Assembly: GCA_008080735.1 (NCBI GenBank)
Contig: SHMW01000046.1
Coordinates: forward strand, 1 to 33,839
DNA: 33,839 nt
Direction: 5' to 3'
Source of the DNA: Promethearchaeota archaeon
GTDB lineage: Archaea; Asgardarchaeota; Lokiarchaeia; Sigyniarchaeales; SOKP01
Position numbers and translations under genes: made by a program. The notes under the pieces are model-generated. The model ran no database searches. It was not told the DNA's origin and saw nothing but the letters and a program-made list of their open reading frames with translations. How positions within the stretch are numbered: position 1 is the stretch's first letter; each line of letters starts with the position of its first letter. Positions 26,399-33,839 of the stretch are shown here, one piece after another.

Positions 26399-27727
26399 TT
26401 ATTCACCAATTTTCTCTTTTACTTTTTCGATTATACGCTCAAGGATTTCTAAGTCAGTTAAACATTCTCCCGGAGCGTCTTTTACTTTACGTAGGCGTAA
26501 TGGAACATGATCCATACGATACGCAGTCCCTTCGCATTCAATTCCCGCAATAGCAGGCGGTAATACCACATCAGCGAAGGCGGACGTTGGAGTTTCGTGA
26601 GGTTCAATGGCAATTAATGGATATTTAAACATATTCTTTACGGATTCCGCGGGAAAATTACTTGCAGGGTCTGATGCTACGATCAGTGAAGCATCAATCT
26701 CATCCCGCATCAATAAATCGACAGATGAAAACTCACCTGGATTATAGCGTGGATATCCCCGTGAGAAATCTATTGAATATGCATATCCCGTATTCCATGT
26801 GAATACCGTATTCGCACCAGAGACATTATAGTGTCCCCTCATAGGGGTGATTAAAAATTTCGTGTGATCATTCAATTCTCGAGTAAGACAAATGGCGGTG
26901 TCAATATTTCTGTGATGAGCTAATGATTGAGTCAGTCCCATTCCGAAAAAGATCACCCCATAGTTGCACCCTTTGATAATCTCTACTAGCTTTTTAATAT
27001 CTTCCAGAGGAACTCCGGCAATCTCCTCTTCATCTGGTTCTACACCCCTCAATAATGCGCGAATTCCGTTGATTAATTCATAATCCTCATTTGGATTAAC
27101 TTGGATATACAAATCCGCGATTTGAGCAGTATGGGTATTACGAGGGTCAATGACAACCACAAATCTGTCATTACGACCATCCTTTTTGAAATAACCTCTG
27201 ACAAATTCACTATATCTGCCTAGATGTCTTGGATGAGCATGAACAGGATTTGATCCCCAGAAGATTACGAGGTCTGCTCGATTCTTATATTCTCCTAAAG
27301 TTGATGATGGCACCCCTACATCTTGCTCCGCAAGTAAGGTAGGTCCGTGGCAAACCGATGCGGTATTATCTAAAATACTCCCAAGGATTTCTGCTAATTC
27401 CACGCCTTTTCCTTGAGCTTCGCATTCGGTACTTGAGAACCCATACAAAAGAGGTCGAGTGGCATTTACTAATATATCGGCTGTTTTATCGATTGCCTCA
27501 TCCCATGAGACTTCCACCAACTCTCCGTCCTTTCGTACTAAAGGTTTTTCGTAGCGGTGTTTACTCGGATTTGAAGAATAAAATTTTGCAGTGCCTATTT
27601 GACACGCATTTCTTATTTCTATTACTTCTTGAGAACCTATATTAACATCTACTTCTAGGTCATCACATAATGTCCCACAAAATGGACAAATTACGTCATA
27701 AACTGTTTTAAATTTTCTTTCTACCAT
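26399..27727 (-). CDS. fwdB: Formylmethanofuran dehydrogenase subunit B (Cys form)
   Basis: CPFCGTLCDD, TASVCHGP, KNRAD, HAHPRH, PMRGHYNV, YRMD. Confidence 0.95.
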   Translation of the reverse strand: MVERKFKTVYDVICPFCGTLCDDLEVDVNIGSQEVIEIRNACQIGTAKFYSSNPSKHRYEKPLVRKDGELVEVSWDEAIDKTADILVNATRPLLYGFSSTECEAQGKGVELAEILGSILDNTASVCHGPTLLAEQDVGVPSSTLGEYKNRADLVIFWGSNPVHAHPRHLGRYSEFVRGYFKKDGRNDRFVVVIDPRNTHTAQIADLYIQVNPNEDYELINGIRALLRGVEPDEEEIAGVPLEDIKKLVEIIKGCNYGVIFFGMGLTQSLAHHRNIDTAICLTRELNDHTKFLITPMRGHYNVSGANTVFTWNTGYAYSIDFSRGYPRYNPGEFSSVDLLMRDEIDASLIVASDPASNFPAESVKNMFKYPLIAIEPHETPTSAFADVVLPPAIAGIECEGTAYRMDHVPLRLRKVKDAPGECLTDLEILERIIEKVKEKIGE

Positions 27728-27729
27728 TT

Positions 27730-28125
27730 TTATGCCTCCTTTAGAGTTTTTATTAATGCTAATGCGTCTAATACTTTGGCACCTTCAGCAACTTCTGCTT
27801 GGGCTTTCATACCTTTGTAGGTCGGAGTACCGCACGATTGAGAATCTGGATTTACCACCTGATTGGCCCAAGGCCCCATTGGAATGAAAATAATTCCGGG
27901 GTGAGGACCCTCATCAGAAATAGTAGAATATACGGTGACCTCTCCAAAATCCGTAGTGACCTTGACGGGAGTTCCAACCAAACAGCCTAATTTTTTAAAA
28001 TCATCCTTATCGAACGCGCAAATCGCAGCAGCCCGTACGTTTTCCTTAGTCGTCTTCCCACCCTCCAAGGCAATTCCTTGGTTAATGGTTCGACACGTGA
28101 TTAATCGTAAATCGTTTAAACTCAT
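27730..28125 (-). CDS. fwdD: Formylmethanofuran dehydrogenase subunit D
   Basis: TCRTINQG, FIPMGPWAN and GTPTYKG. TAATG coupling with the upstream gene. Confidence 0.93.
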   Translation of the reverse strand: MSLNDLRLITCRTINQGIALEGGKTTKENVRAAAICAFDKDDFKKLGCLVGTPVKVTTDFGEVTVYSTISDEGPHPGIIFIPMGPWANQVVNPDSQSCGTPTYKGMKAQAEVAEGAKVLDALALIKTLKEA

Positions 28126-28850
28126 TATTCGGCAACCTCCTCTTCTTCACTCCATCTTAATGTTTTTATTCGTTCAATTAATGGCTCCCAAAAAATTTCA
28201 TTAAAGTCCCCAGAATAGTTCACATCCGTGATCTTCAATTTTACGGCTCCCGTGGGACATGCATTGTCACACGCACCGCAAAATACGCATTGTTCCTCAT
28301 CTACAACAACATTGGGTACGGATTCCCATCCTTTCTTCGACTTCTCGGGTACTGTAATCGCTCCACTGGGACATACGTCCGCACAAGTATCACAACCTCC
28401 CGCACATTCCTCGTCAATAATTTCAATCTGTCCTTTTGTGTATTGCTTAACAACTCGTTCGGTACCTTCGGTACTTTTAATCTTTTTTGCTTCGAAATCA
28501 ATTTTTGGAACTGCTCCCTCAGAGATTAGTTTTAATTCGTCTAAGGGGACTTCTTTTCCGTTTTTTTTAAGTGTAAGTGCTCCAAATGGACACATATATA
28601 CACAAGTACCACAAAACACGCATTTTTCGGGATCATATACTTCTGGAATAATATCCTCTCTTGTAGGAAATTTTCGAGACGCGCCCACTGGTCCACGACT
28701 TATAGCTTCTTTTGGACATACTCTCGCACATGTGCCGCAACCAGTACATTTATTTCTGTTTAAGATTAGCTCATAATCCTCAGTCAAGTACTTGATTTGT
28801 ACTCGTTCTTGATCTTTGGAAATTTCTCTTGATATTTTTGGAAATGACAT
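28125..28850 (-). CDS. fwdF: Polyferredoxin with four [4Fe-4S] motifs, FwdF-like (short)
   Basis: Four CxxCxxCxxxCP-type motifs (one CAGGCDTC variant). Located in the fwd operon. Likely ATG at 28850. Confidence 0.75.
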   Translation of the reverse strand: MSFPKISREISKDQERVQIKYLTEDYELILNRNKCTGCGTCARVCPKEAISRGPVGASRKFPTREDIIPEVYDPEKCVFCGTCVYMCPFGALTLKKNGKEVPLDELKLISEGAVPKIDFEAKKIKSTEGTERVVKQYTKGQIEIIDEECAGGCDTCADVCPSGAITVPEKSKKGWESVPNVVVDEEQCVFCGACDNACPTGAVKLKITDVNYSGDFNEIFWEPLIERIKTLRWSEEEEVAE

Positions 28851-28857
28851 TTTTCTC

Positions 28858-29115
28858 TCATTCCACCTCAATTATCTCTAATTCGATCGCATCTTGGGGG
28901 CATGCTTCTATACACACTCCGCACCCATCACAATTAACTTTTCTCTCATCGTCGTATACAGAAATAGCAATTCCATTCTTCACCAAAATTACGGCATTTT
29001 TGTCCGTAAGCTTTCCTTCCTTCTTTAATTTGTTAAAATTGATAGGACAGCTCACAACACATACATTACAGCCTGTACATAGGTTATGATTAATCCTTAT
29101 TCTATATATTTGCAT
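28858..29115 (-). CDS. fwdG: 2x[4Fe-4S] ferredoxin, FwdG-like
   Basis: CTGCNVCVVSCP and CDGCGVCIEACP, 85 aa, in the fwd operon. Confidence 0.75.
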   Translation of the reverse strand: MQIYRIRINHNLCTGCNVCVVSCPINFNKLKKEGKLTDKNAVILVKNGIAISVYDDERKVNCDGCGVCIEACPQDAIELEIIEVE

Positions 29116-29119
29116 TTTT

Positions 29120-29545
29120 TCACTCCTCCACTCTTAATGGGTTTGGTCCTAATTCTTTTAATTCTTGTACAAATTCCTGCACAATTTCCGTTAACTCTGC
29201 TCCTTCTGATGCCGATACATATGTATATTTCACACGTTTAGGATTAATGCCGTATTGTTCAAGATAACGAAGTAGCAGAGGCATTTTCCTAATCGTTTTA
29301 TAATTCCCCTCCACATAATGGCAATCTCCTGGATGACAATGTGATACAAGTACTCCATCGACGCCATTTGTGAGTGCATCTAAGACAAATTGCGGATCAA
29401 CACGACCACCACACATAACTCGCATGATACGTAAGTTTGCAGGTCTCTGCATTCTTGAAGTACCTGCTTGATCCGCGCCCGCATAAGTACACCAGTTACA
29501 ACATATTCCCAAGATGTACGGGTCAAAATCTTTACTTTCCGTCAT
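29120..29545 (-). CDS. mvhD: MvhD [2Fe-2S] hydrogenase/Hdr iron-sulfur subunit (Cys form)
   Basis: CCNWCTYAGAD, RVMCGGRVDP, CHPGDCHY, SASEG and LGPNP. Likely ATG at 29545. Confidence 0.93.
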   Translation of the reverse strand: MTESKDFDPYILGICCNWCTYAGADQAGTSRMQRPANLRIMRVMCGGRVDPQFVLDALTNGVDGVLVSHCHPGDCHYVEGNYKTIRKMPLLLRYLEQYGINPKRVKYTYVSASEGAELTEIVQEFVQELKELGPNPLRVEE

Positions 29546-30065
29546 GATTTTCAGTTTAAGTAATTTTAAGATTAGGTTTAATTTAATTGGTAAAATATTC
29601 AATCCCAATTAAATCATTATAAACTATATAGTGGAATTGTATGTTTTATAAAAAATTTATTAAAGGAATTGTTAAGCAAGTAGTTTAAAAGAGCCTAAGG
29701 CGAAATATCTCGCTATACATAACGGAGATTTTTCTTCAATACCTTTTAATAGAATCTTTTTGGATTATAATTATGTTTCAATCTTCTGGGAGATATCAGA
29801 TAAATTTGTTGTAAATCACATTATTATCATGTTTAAAATTTAATTGGTCTTTCAGATTTTCACGTTTCTTTTTAATGTCTAAAGGTATTTGAATTGAGAT
29901 GGTGTAAAAAAGTGTGGACTGATTATAAATTGGTGAATAGTACTAAAATTCCATTGAGCTAAAACTAATAAAATTGTTACCAATAGTTATATAGAAGCTC
30001 TATTTCATAAATTTAAAATGGAATATTTAAAACCATAAGGAATTTGAGGATACTAACCTATTGTA

Positions 30066-30926
30066 TTACACGAATCCACTCGTCTTTAACCCGTTAATAA
30101 CCCATTCCATCACCAATTCAAAACCCATTATATTTTCTTTTGTATGCACTGTGGAGTCCGGGATAAATGTTTCGTGATATTTTTCTGCGATATATTTTGC
30201 CGATGGATTTTCTTGATACCACTTAATAATTGCGTCCTTGGTAGTAAAATGAAGTTCTTCTGCACTTTCAATTAATTCATGGCAATCATCACCTTTCCAT
30301 ACCCCAAAATGATTCAAACATATAGAATCTAACTCATCCTTCAAATTTTTAACTTTCTCGATCGTTTTTAAAAGTTCATGCTCATCAAAATTGGGTGGCA
30401 TTAATATCGGTTGATGGGTGTTTCTATCAATTTTAGACGCAAAGGCATCTCCCGTAAAAATCGTGTTATTTGTCCAATCAATCAGACCAATGGAATCTTG
30501 AGTGTGTCCAAATAAATTTATTACTTCTAATTCAAGTCCTTGCAAATTTATTATATCACCTTCCTTTAGGGGGGCGGCATCTTCAATGGGATCTACATTG
30601 TATTCGAAGATATCATTTAGACGTTCGGGATTCCTAAGGTTTTCCAGAGCAGACTCGGCGGCGTAAACTTCAAAATCAGGCATATATTTCCGAAGTTTTG
30701 TATATCCTTGCGTATGATCCCAATGAGAATGCGTGGGAAATATATCCAATTCTTTCAATTTATTGACTACTTTTCTTGCGGAAACGGCAACCCCCGTATC
30801 AATCATTAGCCGTTCGCCACCATTTTCAACGACATAGACCGATAGTTGTTTGGGTAAACGGAAAATTAATCCATCAATTAAATAACTATTTTCATTAAAT
30901 TTTCCCTCTTCATTGATAAAAACCAT
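30066..30926 (-). CDS. MBL-fold metallo-hydrolase
   Basis: IDTG, THSHWDH, GHTQDS, FTGD and NHFG. AGGAGG RBS. Confidence 0.9.
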   Translation of the reverse strand: MVFINEEGKFNENSYLIDGLIFRLPKQLSVYVVENGGERLMIDTGVAVSARKVVNKLKELDIFPTHSHWDHTQGYTKLRKYMPDFEVYAAESALENLRNPERLNDIFEYNVDPIEDAAPLKEGDIINLQGLELEVINLFGHTQDSIGLIDWTNNTIFTGDAFASKIDRNTHQPILMPPNFDEHELLKTIEKVKNLKDELDSICLNHFGVWKGDDCHELIESAEELHFTTKDAIIKWYQENPSAKYIAEKYHETFIPDSTVHTKENIMGFELVMEWVINGLKTSGFV

Positions 30927-30966
30927 TTTTTCCTCCTTCTATTTAGTTCATTTATTGATTAATTAC

Positions 30967-30989
30967 TAGTGTCACTATTAAATATTTAA
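30967..30989 (-). promoter_or_regulatory. Putative TATA box plus adjacent palindromic operator of the MBL gene
   Basis: On the minus strand, TTAAATATTTAA is followed directly by the perfect inverted repeat TAGTG-A-CACTA, about 40 nt upstream of the ATG. Confidence 0.35.
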
Positions 30990-31202
30990 CAATTATGATA
31001 AGATTTTTTTGTTTTTTTATAAAATTCATTTCTAAAAATGCCACTCCGGGGTGATATTTAAGTTTTTTTAATAGTTATGATTTCTTACAGAGATAACTTG
31101 AATTATTCAAAAAGATGGAAAAAAGAGATTTATACTCTCTCTTTAGTTGTTATATACACATTTTTATTAATAATTAGATCAAAAAAATCTAATTAAAGCT
31201 AA

Positions 31203-31622
31203 TTAAATATCTTCAATAAATCTAATTTCAGCTTCATTCGTTAATTTTTCTAATTTCTCTTTAAGCTCTTTTTCTTTTTTAAAAATTACCGGAATTGAAT
31301 TCAAGGTGGCGATTGAAATAGAATAGCAAACCGCTAATGAAATTGGGTATAAACATTTTAATCTGCTAGCTTCATTTCTCAATTCGGATTCTGGATATAT
31401 GTAAAAATCCTTTAGAAAATCATCAATCATTAATATAGCTTCATCGATCCCCAATTTTCGGCAAAAAAAGTATTTTAACTCTGTCTCGACGAGCGGACTC
31501 ACCAAATAATGATAAATATCAGAATTATCTAATAGAAATTGTTCAAATTTAGTTCCTAATTCACTACCTTCCAAAAATTCTATAAAAACACCAGTATCAA
31601 TTACTATCGAATTGTTTTTCAA
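31203..31622 (-). CDS. vapC: PIN-domain (VapC-like) protein, probably catalytically impaired
   Basis: VIDTGVF, ETELKY, and ISLAVC in place of the usual SLAD. Overlaps the upstream antitoxin gene. Confidence 0.8.
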   Translation of the reverse strand: MKNNSIVIDTGVFIEFLEGSELGTKFEQFLLDNSDIYHYLVSPLVETELKYFFCRKLGIDEAILMIDDFLKDFYIYPESELRNEASRLKCLYPISLAVCYSISIATLNSIPVIFKKEKELKEKLEKLTNEAEIRFIEDI

Positions 31623-31878
31623 GTCGCTCCTCCCTCTTACGTTCTTTCTTCCTTAAGTCTTCATAAAGCTCTCTAGCTTCTCCTTTCTTCAATATACCTT
31701 TATATTTTGAAATATTATCGATAAAATCTTTTTTCTCAACTACGAGTTTCCTATTTTTAAGAAGATATTGAATTGCATCATCATATGTGACTCGTTTATT
31801 CCATATATGTTCTAATTGATTTATTAGTCCAAAAAGTTTTTTTTTGGTTGCATCCGATATTTGAATTGTGGTTGCCAT
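31597..31878 (-). CDS. vapB: VapB-like antitoxin (RHH-type N-terminus)
   Basis: MATTIQISDATKKKL...TYDDAIQYLL. Small gene upstream of and overlapping the PIN gene. Confidence 0.75.
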   Translation of the reverse strand: MATTIQISDATKKKLFGLINQLEHIWNKRVTYDDAIQYLLKNRKLVVEKKDFIDNISKYKGILKKGEARELYEDLRKKERKREERLEKQFDSN

Positions 31879-32034
31879 AGAAGTCTATAATAATAGATAA
31901 TTTAATTATAATCACTATAGTAATTATAGTTATAATATTTTTTCTTTAATAAAATCATATTTGATAAATCATCTGATTAAAATCGCTATGAGCTAAATAA
32001 TAATATAACGAGGATATTTATTGTTATACTTGGA

Positions 32035-33723
32035 TTATAAAACATCCATCCAAGATGGATCTATTTTATCCAAGGCATTTTCCACAGCTTTTCTGATTTC
32101 CCAATTAGTCTCACCCATTTGTCCAATCAAAGAGGAAAGGGCTCTTTTATCTCCTATTTTCCCAAGGGATTCAATGGCTGAAAGCTTAATTCTCTCATCT
32201 TCAGCCTCTAATAGAGCAATGATGGGTTCGATATTTTCAAGATCTTTTAGCCTACCAATGGCTTGTAAAACCCAGTTTCTAATATAAAAATCCTCATCAT
32301 CAGTAAATTCGAGCAACAATTTCAAAGTTTCTTCACCTCCCTTTTTGGTAAGTAATCGGATGCATGAGCGTCGGATTTTCCAATTAGAAGTTCTTTCTAA
32401 AATATCTCTTACTCTTTCAACAATTGCGGGGTTATTGAGTTTTGAAAGAAGATTTACGGCTTTCCGCCTCACATTGCTTTTAGGATCTTCCAATAAACTG
32501 AGTAAGTGAGTAATGAGTGCGTCCTGGTTATTATCACTCATTTTTTTAAAGAGGATTTTAGCACACCATTTCCGAATCTGCCATTTTTTCGAGCTAAGAC
32601 CTTGGACAATCTTCTCTAGAGAATCACCTTCAATGATTTTTAATAATGCTCGATAGGAATCCCTTCGAATTTTTGCGTTTTGACTATTTAAGGAGTTTAA
32701 TAGAAGATCGATTGAATCTTCATCATTTAGCATCCCAAGTAATTTGATCGCTGCTTGGCGTTCAATGATATTGCGACTCCTTATAAGATTCTGCACGCGT
32801 TTATAGGATGTAGAATTTTTTAATAGTTTTGCTAATGCCTTGACTGTTAAATTTCGCGTCCGTGGATTTTTATATTTTAGCAATTTAAGTAAAGGATAGG
32901 TGGCTTGTTTATTGCCGATGATTCCTAATGCTCGTATTATCGCGTGTTTAACGTTTGAATTTTCAGTTGTTAATTCTTGAACTAGAATATCAATATTTGT
33001 ATCTTTTGCGGATTTTAGAATCCTCGCTAATGTATTTATCGAATTTATTTGTGTTAAAGGGTCGCTATCTTTTGCAAGATCTTTCAAAAAGTCTATTGAA
33101 GAGGGACTACCAACCTTTTTTAATATTAGCGGAATATTCCGTCTTATATGGAAGTTTCCAGTTTCTGCATAACCCTCAAGAAGCTCCACCCCTGAATTCT
33201 TGATAATTCCGCTGATGGCATCGATTAAAACCGTTTTATATTTTTTATTACCATATTTTAGAAGCTCGATCAGTGGCTCTAAAGCTCTTGGGTCTTTCGT
33301 GGAACCTAAATGGAAGATTGAAATTTTCTTTATCTTTTGGTTAGCATCTTTTAAGCTTTCTACAAAAAAATCTAAATGATGAGAATTAGATACATTCTGG
33401 ACTGCTTTTACGATCTGTTTTCGAACTTTCCAATCTTTTTCAGTTTTGTATTGCGTTTTGAGAAATTCTATTCCTTGGATATGATAAATATTTGAAAGAA
33501 GTTCAATGAAACTAATTTTTACCGAGGAGTGCGTCTCATTTAAATACGCACTTTTTATTTCCTGGTAATGGCCATCATCTTCGATTTCAATAAGTTTCTT
33601 AATCGCCCTCTCACGCCTTTTTGGCGGATTTGAGGTTAATAAAATGGAGAGAATCAATTCAGATGCTTTTTCTGGTTCCATACAATTAAATTTTTCAAAA
33701 AGGATTTCATCATTAAAACTCAT
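32035..33723 (-). CDS. HEAT/PBS-lyase-like repeat protein
   Basis: Many ~31-aa repeats of the type 'VR..A..ALG.IG...A..PL..LL.D'. Confidence 0.9.
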   Translation of the reverse strand: MSFNDEILFEKFNCMEPEKASELILSILLTSNPPKRRERAIKKLIEIEDDGHYQEIKSAYLNETHSSVKISFIELLSNIYHIQGIEFLKTQYKTEKDWKVRKQIVKAVQNVSNSHHLDFFVESLKDANQKIKKISIFHLGSTKDPRALEPLIELLKYGNKKYKTVLIDAISGIIKNSGVELLEGYAETGNFHIRRNIPLILKKVGSPSSIDFLKDLAKDSDPLTQINSINTLARILKSAKDTNIDILVQELTTENSNVKHAIIRALGIIGNKQATYPLLKLLKYKNPRTRNLTVKALAKLLKNSTSYKRVQNLIRSRNIIERQAAIKLLGMLNDEDSIDLLLNSLNSQNAKIRRDSYRALLKIIEGDSLEKIVQGLSSKKWQIRKWCAKILFKKMSDNNQDALITHLLSLLEDPKSNVRRKAVNLLSKLNNPAIVERVRDILERTSNWKIRRSCIRLLTKKGGEETLKLLLEFTDDEDFYIRNWVLQAIGRLKDLENIEPIIALLEAEDERIKLSAIESLGKIGDKRALSSLIGQMGETNWEIRKAVENALDKIDPSWMDVL

Positions 33724-33839
33724 ACAATTTAACCCAACCCATTGTTAAATGATATTATATATCCAAAAAAGTCTAACTATTAGGAATATGATAAAAGATT
33801 TTATATTTATATTTGAGTTAAAAAAGCATTACAATTGAA

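Noticed and set aside
26399-29545. Possible selenocysteine recoding in fwdB or mvhD (Sec forms exist in some archaea)
   Set aside because: Both frames are open with Cys at the relevant positions (SVCHG; CCNWC, CHPGDCH). No in-frame TGA.
31042-31053. GC-rich near-palindrome CACTCCGGGGTG in intergenic DNA
   Set aside because: Too short and isolated, with no tRNA or ncRNA structure or second copy seen.
2333-33203. Numerous short ORFs in the track antisense to or nested in long genes (e.g. 2333-2725, 3804-4121, 8283-8624, 28228-28776, 32021-32287)
   Set aside because: They overlap well-supported genes and have Ser/Phe/Leu-rich shadow composition with no motifs.

Overview
AT-rich archaeal window; the gene content and protein style suggest an Asgard (Lokiarchaeia-like) genome, which is an inference. 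It has three parts. (i) Energy metabolism: the 5' part of a group 3 [NiFe]-hydrogenase locus (long mvhG-like gene plus the start of mvhA), an mvhD-fwdG-fwdF(short)-fwdD-fwdB-fwdC operon lacking fwdA, and a divergent fdhD. (ii) A ~17.4 kb co-directional minus-strand block (19161->1735): DNA2/Upf1-like Fe-S nuclease-SF1 helicase, Mre11, Rad50, a 78-aa protein, a second divergent Rad50/SMC-like ATPase, a ~174-aa protein, MoxR AAA+, a large VWA protein, an HD hydrolase and a nucleotidyltransferase. This dual-Rad50, helicase-nuclease locus has no herA/nurA and is the most unusual element. (iii) Ordinary or accessory genes: MFS and MacB/LolCDE-type ABC transporters, membrane proteins, an MBL hydrolase, a HEAT-repeat protein, a VapBC-like pair with an apparently mutated toxin, and an unannotated HEPN (DUF86) gene remnant. 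Two genes appear to start at ATT/ATA codons. No rRNA, tRNA, CRISPR array or transposase was seen.
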